Origin: the human T2T-CHM13v2.0 reference genome, Homo sapiens
Reading direction: 5' to 3' (one strand)
Assembly: GCF_009914755.1 (NCBI RefSeq)
Contig: NC_060928.1
Length of the DNA: 64,000 bases
Below the pieces are notes generated by a model. It saw only the letters and a program-made list of their open reading frames with translations, was not told the DNA's origin and searched no databases. Numbering within the stretch: position 1 is the stretch's first letter; the number at the start of each line of letters is the position of its first letter. Positions 25,080 to 39,290 of the stretch are shown here, in pieces. A program made the position numbers and the translations under genes.

Positions 25080-25710
25080 GTCAGTTCGGTGCTGTGGTAT
25101 GGTGGGGAGAATTTACTTCACCTGCCTATAGGAGTCCTGGCTGACAAGGTGGCACTTGGACTGAGGCTTGCAGGATAAGAAGCTCACCAAGTGAATGAAT
25201 AGATAGAGGGCATCATAGATTGTAGAGACAGAATATGCAAGCACACCTGGGAGAGAGAAGCAGAGTCGATTTGGGCAAGAGAGACTCATTTGTTATGGTT
25301 GCTGACATGAAGTGACATGTCAGATGAGCTTTGATTTCACATAATATAAATAAAACACTAGTTCAGAGAATGAAAAAAAAATAATGTTGACTCTAGGGAA
25401 ATTAGATAGAATCTCATATGAATGATGTTTGAAACTTGAAGGATGAGTAAGAATTAGACAAATGGAGATGGAGAAGAAAAAGTATTCCACACAGCAGAAA
25501 CAACACTAGAAAAGGAATAAATAAATATTCGGTCTGTGAATATAAATCATGAATAGTCATTCAGTTTGACCAGACTTAGGTATATGAGTCTGAGAAAAGA
25601 TGGTCTGCCAAATCTAGGAAAGCTTTGACTTCCAGGCTAAGGAGTTTTGTTTTACTTGGAGGATTCACTGACAGAACCTATAATCAAAAGTGTGTTTTAA
25701 GAAGTTGGAA
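25080..25710 (-). mobile_element. Degenerate L2 fragments
   Basis: TTTGAAACTTGAAGGATGAGTAAGAATTAG...CTTTGACTTCCAGGCTAAGGAGTTT. Confidence 0.5.
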
Positions 25711-26838
25711 GTTGATATAGAATTAATTTATAACAAACTTTAATTAAAAGTATTGTTAGATTAATTTTTCTCAAAATCAACATTAAAACCAATAACCCAA
25801 TTTTACCTGTGTATCATGTTTTTTATTTTATAACAGGTTGTAGGATTCACCTGATCCTTAAACAATAAAAGTGGCAGGCAGTTGAGGAACCTTGAGAAAT
25901 AAATCTTAGGAAATGTTCCCAAGCCCACTTTGTTCCTAATGGTTATTCAGATCTGACTCCGGGTTGGGAATTTTCTGAGTATCCTCATGGTTGGCCCTGG
26001 CATGTTTTGGGTTTTGGTCTGTTTAGTAGGAACAAAAGGCACTGAAGTTGTCTCAGCCTAGTGGCCTCCCAATTAATTATTTTAATAGTTAATATACATG
26101 CAAAATAAGTGACATTTTTAAGATAACATAATTATTTCTGGGCTTGACTGGATATCTATAACAATGCTTTATAATAACAATCACAATGCAAATCTATGCA
26201 GTGATTTATGTGAAAGTAATAATTCGAATTTACAGGCTTCCCAGTGGCTGTTAAGATGATCTTTGTAGATTCTAATCCCTTTATGAGCACCCTCCACCCG
26301 ACCTAGCATTGTTCATGTTAAGAGCAAGTAGAAAGCAATTAATTCTGGGACTGATTCCCATGGATCTTATAACTGTCAACACCTGTCTTAAATTTCTAAT
26401 TTATAAACTAAGGCAAGTGGAAATACTCTCTAAGATACTTTCTGATCTTAAATAAAAACAACCAACATTTTACCTTTCTTTGCTTTGTCTTCATATAATT
26501 ACAGCAAAAGGTACCTCCACCCGCTGCTGTGATGCTTGCCATGGGTATCAGATGCAGCTGCTGGAACTGTTTTTTTTTTTTTTTTTTTTTGCAGTGACTT
26601 ATAAATCATGAACAGGTCACAAATTGTGAGGTCTTAGGGCCTGGGCTTGTTCACCAACAGAAAATTAACTTTTGCTGATGAAGTACATTTGAGCCACAAG
26701 TAAGTGATTGTCTATTCAATTTATGGGTTTTAGAGAGATTAAGGGAGGCCTCAAGATGAGAAAGAATGACCAAGATGATTCATGGAAGATGGACATGCAA
26801 AGATGTGGCAGAGCTGTAGAAAGCTGGGTTTGAGTCCA

Positions 26839-27030
26839 TTTCCCTCCCTCCCTCCCTCCCCTCCCCCCTTCCTCCCTCCCTTCCTCCCTCCCCTCCTTCC
26901 TTCCTTCCCTCCTTCCCTCCTTCCTCCCTCTCTTTCTCTTTCTCTCTCTCCTTCCTTCTCTTTTCTTTCTTTCTCCCTCTCCTTCCTTCTTTCTTTTTCT
27001 TTCTTTCTTTCTCTTTCTTTCTCTCTCTTT

Positions 27031-27089
<59 letters not shown>

Positions 27090-27158
27090 CTTTCCCTTCC
27101 TTCCTTCCTTCCTTCCTTCCTTTCCTTCCCTTTCTCTCTCTCTTTCTTTCTTTTTTTC
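26839..27158. repeat. 320-bp uninterrupted polypyrimidine compound STR (CCCT/CCTT/CT/CTTT)
   Basis: No A or G between 26839 and 27158; includes a long perfect (CTTT)n block at about 27030-27087. Confidence 0.97.
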
Positions 27159-28971
27159 ACCAAACCTTACTTTTTTCCCCTAATCCTTCCTTCCCTCCCT
27201 GCTTCCCTTATTCAGTGAGAATCCCAGGAGGGCAAGGACAGGTTATTTGTAGATACCACAATAGTTAACATAGGGCCCAAGTACTCAAGGATCTTAAAAT
27301 CTACCTGTGAAAAGAAACTGCAACCTCTTTTAGACAAAGGAAACAGTCTGTTAGTATAACCTTTTAAATAAAGGTGGTAACAGTCTAGAAAGTCAGAAGT
27401 CAGAGCTCCAAATGAAGGTGATTTATGCTTCTGTGAGTGTCCAGAAGAAAAGGAGGATGGTACTTGGGTCTTAATCTCTAGTGATTCCCACACAATAAAA
27501 CCACAGTTCCCACATTCCAAATAACTTTCCTTTCACCTATTGATGTAAATACACAATCTTACTTCTATGGGAAGCCTCTTCCTTCTCAGCCACATTTTGT
27601 TAGGAAAAGTCTGGATTTTGCCTAAATGGAAAATGATGATTTTAAAAAAAAATTTAGCCTCACAAAAGGCAGAATGGGTAGGGCTGCAATGGTTGTCCTC
27701 TTGCAGAGTGAAGAGCCAAAATCTTCACACCCTCTTCACACATTGGAGCTTAGCTTTGAGTGTTTAGTGGTTTAAGGAAGAGTCATGACCTGTGCCGAAG
27801 CCAATAGATTTTACAGTCAAATAAATCCCGATTCCACTCCTTTCTAGCTTTGAATTCATCAGATTGCTTAGTCTTGATAAACTCACATTTCTAAATCTGT
27901 AAAAAGAAAATAAGACTTCAAGCCTTTAGGACTGTTGTGAAGAGGATCTAAGTCAGCTTTGCAAAGTGGGTAGAATAATGCCTGGTTACACTTGATTCCC
28001 TTCCGCCTCCCTCATGAATACCTGGTTTCACTATGAAGAATGAGAAAAGTCTTAAGATAAACTGAAGTGGTTAAACCTGTCCCAGGCTTGGGCATTGTGA
28101 ACCCAAGTCCCATACATATTGTCAACAGTTACTGAAAGAATGACATAGCTGCCTGTCTGTTTTTCTGACCTCTCCTTCTTCCTCAAATCATCTGTAGTTT
28201 ATCTATGGATTAGGTGTTAAAGAAAAAGAGGCATAAATGGTCAAGTCTTGGTTTGGAATATCTACCCTATCTTTTACCAAATCTCACCCTGTAGTGCAGG
28301 TGTCTAGACTGGAGCTGTGTTCTGGAATGTGACATTTAAGCTGAGATGGAAAACTCAAGTGCTGCAGCTGACTTCAGCTGGTGTAGAGAAGCATGACTTT
28401 TTTCCTGCCTGTTGTGGCATGACTGTTGTTGGGGCTCAGGAAGTGATACCCCAAAGTACAGCACCTTGGTGCACTGAGTACTTTGAACTGAAGTAGATTG
28501 GAAGGGCCTCAGAAACAAAGTCTTTCTGCCTTTTTCCCATCCTCCTATCTCCTGCTTTTTTCTCCCTTGGAATTGATTCATAGAAAGCAATATTCTTTTC
28601 CCCTAAGGTGGGTCATACAAACTCATCTTCCCCAAAGCAAGTCATAAAACCTAAACAAATCACACTCCCTCTTTTCCTTTGAAGCAAATCATTTCAGATG
28701 GATCTTGTCCCGTACCCAGGAGGAAGAAATGCTACATAGGGAGGCCAAGAAGTATCTGAATAGTCTGGCCTTGCTGGGTTTCCCCCTGTTACCATTAGAT
28801 CATACCCTTTTGTCCAGTCATATTTCTACATGGCTGTCCATTCTTCATTTAATCTAAGCATAAAAAAATGTCAGTTTTTCCTGGGTCTCTGAGTCTTCAT
28901 ACCCGAAGTCCCCTGTGTCACATAAAACTTTGATTAAATAAATTTGTTATACTTTTATTAACCTGTGTTTT

Positions 28972-29733
<762 letters not shown>

Positions 29734-30207
29734 TTAATCTGTCTTTTCTCATAAGACTGTCAGTCATGACCCTTTGATGGGGTAGTAAACGTATCACACC
29801 ATTCCATACCTTGTCAAAGGCAAGCTATCTTCAAAAAGTATTATTCTAAGCTATGTAAATTAACCCAAGTAGATTCTTTGTCTTCTTTTTATAACATCAT
29901 TTAAATAATGGGAACTTTTTTTAAAAAAGCATTTTGGTAGTGTTCTCTTCTTTAAGTATAGTGCTGATCCAACAAAATGGAGTGCCAGAATTCTGGTAGT
30001 ATGTTGACCCTGGCAAGAGATATTTGCCTAAAATATGCTGTTCACTTGAAATCTCCCTCTTGGTTTGGAAACCTGGTTTACTGTTTTCTAGTCAACGTGG
30101 TTGCTACCAATTATTTTTGAGTGAACCAAAATATCACGGGTTTTCTTCACTGTGGTTATTAAATCCAGTGCCAAGCATATATCAAAACATATTTCCAGAG
30201 TTATTTA

Positions 30208-31053
<846 letters not shown>

Positions 31054-32940
31054 TTAAAATGCTGGAAAGAAAGATAGGACTTGGAATGAAAAAAGTTGGA
31101 CTTGAGTGCTGGCTTTGATGACTTATTACAGAGCTCCTTCAGGCAGTTCTCTGGTTCTCTTCTTCCTTTATAAATGTTGTGCCTTACTAAATGACCCCTA
31201 ATATCATTTCCATCTCAAAAGACTCCATGACTCTAACTGAGGATTCCTCTCCAAATTCCATGAACAGAGCCTTTTTAGTGCTATATTTTATGATTCTGAA
31301 TGAAGGTGTTCCTTTCCTCTGACCACTGTAGAAAAGGGGGAGAGAGTCCTGGCAAGACACTGTGGGTAGTTAACTGCTATGTCATATGACACAGAGAACA
31401 GCTGCACTACAAACATTTCCCCTTCCAAATAAATAAATAAATAAATAAAATGATATGCTGAAGTGCACAAAAAAGGAGTAGTAGAAGGGCAAGAGCTTCT
31501 GGAATGTTAGCTTTATTTAGCCCAAAATGATTGGCAGCAAGTTGTGACTTTATTACTCAATGCATCTATGTTGCCATTCCAAACAGTTGTTGCAAGTGCT
31601 CGAGAGAGAACAGTAAGCCTGTGTAGCTGTTTTTCTTCTGTCTTCTAGTTGGGTGAAGAGAAATGCACATAAAACCTGCTTTGAAAAATACTAATGATTA
31701 GAATCAGGGTCTGTTGATGGTTCTGTAGAATTTATCCACTCTTCATGTGGTCTTATTTCAAGAACAATATTTTCCCCTTACTGACATATAATGCCTACTT
31801 ATTGTACAACATTTGTAAAAGCACAAATGTAAATGAAAATAAATATTGTCATAGCCTCAACACCAAGACATAACCACATTTTGGAAATATATCTTGTAAA
31901 AAGCCAAAGGGGAAAGGGTGGTAGGAAATGAATACATATGAAAATTGAGACCTGGAGAAGTAAACTTTGCTGCATCTACGGATTCTTTATACTACAGCGC
32001 ACTTCCTCAGGGGCTCAGCTAAGCATTTCAGAAGAGTGCAAGTGTTGTTGACATTTAAAAGCTACAGCATGGGCTTGGGATAAGGCAATTCTGTTCTCTA
32101 TTTCTTAGAGAAGAAAAGAATCCCAGTGCACACCAGGAAAATAATTTTGGAAACTCAGTTAATTGTGAAGGTGAGGCTGAGCCAGCTTGTGGTTAAAGCT
32201 ACAAAGGAAATATTGTTCACTTCCCATAAATGATTTCCCGTATGTAAAGTGGGGCCGATCCTAGCAGGTGACTTCAGAGACATGGAAACATTTAACCACA
32301 GATGAATAAATCTTGCAAACACATTTTTTAAAAATGCAAAGAGTAACCTATAAAATAAAATCTGTGGCTGTCACATTTGGAGACTGAAAGTTCAAAAAGC
32401 AGGGCCTGTTTATACCAACCACAAAGGCTAGGGATCTGTGGTTTTATTGGATTTCTCATCCCAAGAAAATATTTACACTTGGAGGAGAAGATGCGTTTTT
32501 AGCTATAAAAACCATATGTAGCATATTTGTGGACGATATTGCAAATAAAAATATCTTTTTTTCCTCAGCCTGACAAAACAGACAGTTCTGTTTAAAGCAT
32601 CAAAAAATTAGGTAAAATAATCACAGTTCTTTTAAATGTGTGAGGCTTTTTATTTTTGGTGGAGATGTATATGGGTGGTTGCCATGAAGGAGAAAGATCT
32701 TTGGTGAGTGTCCTGCTTTCTGCTGCCACAAAATTCCAGTCACTAGAGTTTTTGGAAGTCTAGATCTGTGTGCATGAGAAGAGAAAAGAATACCATGAGA
32801 GAGAGCTAGAAAGAAAAAATAGTATGGACATAGCTCAATTGACCAAAGGCGAAATGAAATAAATAAACATTGTGGGGGGAAAAAAAGACAATTTGGAGAA
32901 GTTTAATAATGCATTTATTTATTTAAAAAATATATATATT

Positions 32941-33303
32941 TTTTCTTTTTTTTGAGATGGAGTCTCACACTGTCACCCAGGCTGGAGTGCACTGGTGTGA
33001 TTTTGGCTCATTGCAACCTCTGCCTCCTGGGTTCAGATTTGAGACTCTGTCTCAAAAAAATAAAATAAAAACCATAAATAAATAAATAAATAAAAGATAA
33101 AACAATGATTCTCCTGTCTCAGTCTTCCACGTAGTTGGGATTACAGTTGCATGTCACCATGCTCAGCTAATTTTTGTATTTTTAGTAGAGTCGGGTTTTC
33201 GCCATGTTGGCCAGGCTGGTCTTGGTCTCCTGACCTCAAGGGATCCACCAGCCTCAGCCTCCCAAAGTGCTGGGATTACAGGCATGAGCCACCGTGCTTG
33301 GCC
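32941..33303 (-). mobile_element. AluS containing an opposite-strand Alu-tail insert
   Basis: Antisense dimer interrupted between GGGTTCA and ATGATTCTCCTG. Confidence 0.9.
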
Positions 33304-33502
33304 AACAATGTTTGTCATTTAATGATTGACAATCAAATTATTTTAAAAAAATTGATTTAAGGGTCAGTTGGTTTGAGGGGGAAAAAAACCCTTCAAACTA
33401 AATATTAGCTTTATGCATTAGCATTTATGCCATAAAACAGTTTTCATTTTTAATTGAAACTTGGACGTTTCTGAGCAGCAGAGGCAGAAATAAAAAAAAG
33501 TT

Positions 33503-33813
33503 GGCTGGGCACGGTGGCTCATGCCTGTAATCTCAGCACTTTGGGAGGCTGAGGCGGGTGGATCACAAGGTCAGGAGTTCGAGACCAGCCTGACTAACAT
33601 GGTGAAACCCCGTCTCTACTAAAAATACAAAAATTGGCCGGACTTGGTGACACGCACCTGTAATCCCAGCTACTCAGGAGGCTGAGGCAGGAGAATCGCT
33701 TGAACCCAGGAGGCAGAGGTTGCAGTGATCCAAGATCGTGCACTGCACTCCAGCCTGGGTGCCAGAATGAGACTCTGTCTCAAAAAAAAAATAAATAAAT
33801 AAAAAATAAAACA
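33503..33813 (+). mobile_element. AluS (Sg-like)
   Basis: GGCTGGGCACGGTGGCTCA...GGATCACAAGGTCAGG...GAGACTCTGTCTC plus A-rich tail. Confidence 0.93.
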
Positions 33814-34070
33814 AAAGCTGTCTTCAAGCTGGGGAGAGTGATCCAGAAATAAGTGTGACAACGCAGACTGGTCTTTTGTCTTTCCAAAAATAATATCTGA
33901 ATGCTTTAGAATAGAAGGGGTCAGACCTCCTGAATATCCCCTATCTCCTCCCTCATTTTTATAGCTCAGATTGCCTCACTGAAGGATATTAGGAAAACTC
34001 CATGACAAAACCATATAAAGAATTTCTCAAACTGTATTGTAGGGCTGAAATTTAATTGCAGCAAGGGTAG

Positions 34071-34580
34071 TGCAGGGAGATGAAAGTTTACCTCTACTCT
34101 CTTCAGGTTCCAGCTGGGCCTGAGAATTAAATTGACATAAGATAGATACACAGGAGGAAAACATGCAGAGTTTTACATGTCCATGGGAGCCCCTGTTAGG
34201 AAACAAAGACCCAGAGATGTGGCAAAACCTGAGTGCTGATATACTAGGTTGAACAAAGAATGGCAATTGTAAAAGTAGCTAAAATGTACAGGGAGGCTGA
34301 AGGAAGGTACAAGTTATAGCAAGATCTGTTTGTACAGATTTTTCTCAGCCTTGACTGCCCGTCTCTTGTGACAAAAATGTTTCTTCTCTCCTGGTGGAAG
34401 GTAGGCATCTTTCTACATGGGCGTTCTCTCCTGTCTCCAGTGACAAGAATATTTCCTTTTTCTTGGTACAGAGAGGGCCGATTGTCCTTTTGTTTCTGCT
34501 ATTTTTTAAGTGCCTTTAGATCAAAATAATCCTTATGCCAAAGTGGCATACTATGGGGTGGCACATTCTGTCACCCATCA
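34071..34580 (-). mobile_element. MER4-group ERV1 LTR (MER31-like)
   Basis: TGCAGGGAGATG...GAGAATTAAATTGACATAAGATAGAT...TCAAAATAATCCTTATGCCAAAGTGGCATA...CACCCATCA. Confidence 0.7.
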
Positions 34581-34655
34581 GTGCAAATATTGTTTGGAAT
34601 ATGAAAATGAGTGATGACAACAAATGCTTTTTGTTTGCTTGTTTGTTTTAGGTTA

Positions 34656-34965
34656 TGATGGAATTTCAGGACAATACTATTTCAAAATATGACCCCTTGA
34701 CATTTGAGAAAGCAGGAGACACAGGAAAGTCACTCTCACCTTCCCCTCAGCCTTCTCCCCTGAAGCAGGTCATAAAATCTGGGAAGGCCGCTCTCTGACC
34801 TTTTCCTGAAGTAGGTCATAAGGCCCTCATGTGAGGGGCACCCCTCTAATATCAAGAGAAAAAAAATCCTTGTCTCAGAAGACTCAGGAACACAGCGAAA
34901 AATATGAACAAACAGAACTTGCTAATCTTCCCCTAGTTTATTACCATCCTATCATACCCTGTTGT
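34656..34965 (+). mobile_element. MER34-like ERV1 LTR, 5' part
   Basis: TGATGGAATTTCAGGACA...CAAAATATGACCCCTTG...CCTGAAGCAGGTCATAA...TGAACAAACAGAACTTGCTAA; homologous to the reverse of 18262-18783. Confidence 0.7.
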
Positions 34966-35094
34966 CAGCTGGCTTATTTTAACTGTTGTATTCCTAGGAA
35001 AAGAATCCCTGTCTAACCCAGGTTATACTCTCTTCAGAATCATCTGAAAGCCGAGCTACTACTTTGAGTAAATAGCAAGGCCCTACCCATGACT

Positions 35095-35335
35095 ATTTTT
35101 GACAAGGTACCAACTGTGGGCCTGGCATTATTCTCAGGGATTCACATGTATCATCTAATTTAATCCCAGCAACCATCCTGTGAATTAGGAGTGATGACCG
35201 TTGTTTTACAGACATAAACACTTCGGTTTAGGGTGGTCAAGGAATGCACCCAAGCTTAAATCGTATCTAGAAAACAACCAAACTGTGCCTCATGTCTGGC
35301 TTGTCAGTTGATACCCAAGCCTATGCCCCTACCCC
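35095..35335 (-). mobile_element. MIR
   Basis: ATTTAATCCCAGCAACCATCCTGTGA...TTTTACAGACATAAACACT. Confidence 0.65.
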
Positions 35336-36514
35336 TCATTATTCTAGAAAAGAAATGTCACCCGTAATTTGAAAATACTAACTCAATATTCAAATCACTT
35401 CCCCAATGAAAAAATGATCAATCCTTCTTTCATGGTTTGAAACTTCTGCAGTTTCTACCCACTTTTGCACAATCTTCAGGTCCTTCGAAAAGTTGTTCTT
35501 GGTGTTACCTTTTGAGTTTGTAATTGAAGTTGGCAATAGGGTAAATCTGCCATCATCAAGCTACTCTGCCATTATAAGAAACTAGAATTTTGTTTTTATC
35601 CCAGTTGTAATGTCTTTGTGTTTTCTCTTTTTGTTGGTGTGTGCAATGTCTGTCTTTGCAGTGAACCACTAATCACATGAGAGGTGTGCCATAAAACAAA
35701 GCTTTCAAGGTAATCTGCATTTGTCACAAGCTCCCTCCCACTGACTTTGACTGCCACTGCATATTTTATGACCTCACCTTGATTTCAGGAATAATACAAA
35801 TATATGGCTTATGTTGTGTGAATTTTGATTATTGTATGTGAGCATTACAATGCAAAAAATCATTAGTCAGAATGCAAACACATACAACACACATGAGATG
35901 AGAATATAATAATCTTTTATAATCACTAAAATAAACAGATTATATGGTAGCTCCAAATGTTATGGAAATGAAATGTTAAGTTCAGGGCTGTTATTGTGCC
36001 ATGTACCATTGGGCAATTCAGAGGACCCCCAAAAAAGGGAATGTGAGTACAGTACAATGTTGCCTTACAGAAGATGGAGAGGAGAGACTTTCTGTTGGGT
36101 GCAGAGCCAGGGAGATGCCCCTCACCATCAGAACACCACACTGGGTGGATGGAACTTTACATCAGCTACGCTAAGATCAGGAACCTTCCATTTTTCTGAT
36201 GAAGTCCTCTGAGGAGAATCCTTGTCTGCTCCCTGAGCCTAAATCCCGATTTCACTTCAGTCAGTGCTCTCAGAGGTTTCCTTTCCCCATTAATGACCTC
36301 CTGGACACAACAGAGCAGGGCAACATCCCATAGTTTTCGGTAGATTCTTCCCTCTGCCTCTCCATTTCGTTTCTCTACTCTGGATCTATAAGGTATTGGG
36401 AGGAGGCATTACCTCTAGGAAAACTAGAGGTAACTGTCTACTTACTCTTAGATTCTTCCCCAAGTAACAAGGAATAAAAATGGGATGCTATTAAAACAAA
36501 GCTGGGGAACTTCA

Positions 36515-37360
36515 ATTAGTAGACTATAAGAGGACTTAAATGTGGACCATATGTTCAGGGACTAACTGGGTTGGCTTGGCTCACCATTGTCTTTCTAGAG
36601 TTTAGTATGGTTCCTGGCTCATAGTAAATGCTCCATGTATTTTTGGTGAATGAATTGATGAGAAAAGACCCAATGAGCCTTTAATTCTTAGCTTGCCTGA
36701 TTAAGGCAATCCCTACTCTCAGAGAAGTTATGAATTAATGAGGAAGACAGGCAACTAAGCAAGTTTTAAAACAAAATGTTATATATGAGTGTTATGCAAA
36801 AAGGCATAAAAGAGACAATGGAAACACAGTGCTGGGGGACCTGGCTTGTCCTGGGGAGTCTGTTCTTAAAAAGTAACCTTGAACTGGTCAATAGGAGATA
36901 AGGATTAGCCAAGATAAAGGAGAGAAGAGTTCCAGACCAGGAAACATCATTTGTGAAGAATCAGCCCCAAGAAAGAGCATGGATCATAGTAGATTTGAAA
37001 AGCTGAAAAAAGTTAAATACGCTTATGAGAGGAACACTGGTGTGCGTGTAAATAGAAGGAGACAGGAAACTGATAATGCGGACCTTGCTAATATCAGGAA
37101 GTTTGAACTTCAGGGACAGAGGCAATCACTGAACAATTTGTGTTTTGGAAAGGACTCAGGCTGCAGTAGAGTATGTTGGATGTGAACAAAACTGGAAGTT
37201 GGGAGCCTATTTAAACCTTTCTAGCCCTGAAGGGATTTCTTTTGACTTTGATTAGAGAAGAGGCCACAGAAATGAAGGTAAATTGACATACACAAGACAT
37301 GTCAAGGAATCAGAGTCCACAGTGTTTGTAAGGGGGCTGCAGGTGGCAGGAAGCAGGAGG
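36515..37360. mobile_element. L2 fragments: a + strand 3' end, then a - strand body
   Basis: CCTGGCTCATAGTAAATGCTCCATGTATTTTTGGTGAATGAAT, followed by purine-rich antisense L2-like sequence. Confidence 0.5.
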
Positions 37361-38624
37361 AGGATAAATGAAGGGTTTAGATGGCATCCAGGCTCTGCAG
37401 CAGTCTTTAATTATGGACCCAAGAGAGGAAAGTCTGGGCAGGTTCTCCCAGTTCTAAAGCTGTGCTGGCTTTCCAGTCTAGTTGATCTAAAATAATTTTA
37501 CTATCACCAAAATTGTTCTGTTTCACTCTGTTTTTATACTTTATTTGGCTCGATTTCATTCTTTTATGCTTCCTTTCCAGATCATGGGCTTCCAATGCAT
37601 TGCTTGATTTTCTGTGGGAGGAAAGTGCTTTTGAAGTTCCAAATCCAATCCCTGAAGCAAGATTAATAATCAAAGATCCTCTCCAGTGTGCAAATCCTCA
37701 TGGGATTTAGGTGGATTGCTACAGCCTAGTCCCGAGGCATGTGGCACACCTGTACGTTGCCACAAATAGTTCAGAAATAACACCAGTTCATGTCTACAAC
37801 AAGGCCTTTGAACTTGAGTATTCTCTTTCTGGTATTCAATGCTGGAGCTGCAGTGAGAGCGTGCAGTTCCCTAAATTTTGCCCCCGAGGAACCTTACTTG
37901 TCTCACCATAATCTCAGTTCATTTGAACACTTCTCCAGATACTCTGTAGGAATACAACGGAGTTAGCTTGTTTCAAGGGAGAGTTTTTTTATTGGGAAGA
38001 TGACCTAACTGGCTAAGTCCAAGTTTGTGGAAACAACATATCTGAGGAATCCGAATCAGATCAATGAAATAGAGTTTCTAGCAGCTGCACTGTGAATAAC
38101 GTCCTGAAAGATGCTGCTGCTGGAACTCGATTCCACAGCTATGGGTGTTTGTTGGAAGGCACCCAAAAGGGATTCCAAGGGCCCTGCCTCTACTGACTGC
38201 CGTTTATTCTTAAAGCACTAGGCTCAACAGTTGAGCTTTGTGTGGTATTGAGTGGGTTTTATGATTACTTGTTTGCCATTGTTAGTGTCAGCCTGTCAAC
38301 ACCTTGAAGGGCAGAGCATTTTTGTTTGTTTTGAAAATTACTCAATAGCAAATCCTTAATTATACAGCAGTATGGCTTTTTGAAAGGTTGAGTGATGTAC
38401 TGCTGTTGTTTTAGATTTCTTTCATGCTAAATCTTATGAGGTGCATAGCCTTCAATAACTAAATGCAAATAATGCAATCGAATCCCACTTGAGCCTGCCA
38501 TTAATTATCTCACATTTATCTTCATTTCCAGGCTGGTGATATGGGCCAGCATTCAAGACAACTAGAAAAAATATCCAGTAAAGGTTTTGAAGTTCCTTTA
38601 TGTGCAGGGATTTATGATACACAG

Positions 38625-38805
38625 ACACGTGTGAACCATACACACATACATGCATGTATACACACATACATGCATGTATGCACACATCTGCTTTCACATC
38701 TACACACATCTACATCTGCATAATACCACATGCATGGCTAGATGTAACACATGCACATATCAATGTGTCACACATATTTACACATATATGCACACTCACA
38801 TGTTT
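38625..38805. repeat. Degenerate (CA)/(TACA)/(CATG) low-complexity tract
   Basis: Direct reading. Confidence 0.85.
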
Positions 38806-38814
38806 ACTGTATTT

Positions 38815-39290
38815 GAAATTTTTGGTTGCAAGTAACAGGAAACAAACTCAAAGACACCTAAACCATAAAAGGAATCCATAATTTCACAAAGGTTATTTCA
38901 TTCCCTCTTTCCTCTATATGCCAAGGTTGATCCTCTATGTTTGTGAAATGGCTGCTAAAAACTTCCGTATTGAGGTGTAGCAGGAAGAGTATGTCTTTCT
39001 GGATAGCTTCTTTGGAAAAGTGAGGAAGCTTTTTTCTTAGAAATCTTAACAGACCTTCTCTCATTTTTTATTGTTGGAATTGGGTTTCAAGCCCATCACT
39101 AATTTAATCCCTGTAACCAATGAGATGAAATATGAATATGGCCTTAAATGAATCCCTGGAGCTGACAAGTTATTACGTGGGGCCCAGGGTCAGATTTTCC
39201 AGAAACATTTAGGCTGCATAGGGTAAAAGGCAGATACCCAATGGAAAATCAAATTCTGTTACCAAAAGGTAGGTCGTCCAAGTCCTGGGT
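38815..39290 (-). mobile_element. Old MaLR LTR (MLT1K/L-like)
   Basis: TTTTGGTTGCAAGTAACAGGAAACAAACTCAA, and ATTGTTGGAATTGGGTTTCAAGCCCATC. Confidence 0.5.

Noticed and set aside
26780-27183. Lys/Glu/Arg-rich and Ser/Phe/Pro-rich ORFs (also 22016-22215)
   Set aside because: These are translations of purine/pyrimidine simple repeats, which lack stop codons by composition.
37555-37716. Strong acceptor TTCCTTTCCAG at 37580 (similar ones near 15924, 20611, 38531, 58372)
   Set aside because: No convincing paired donor; isolated acceptor-like sites are common in T-rich DNA.
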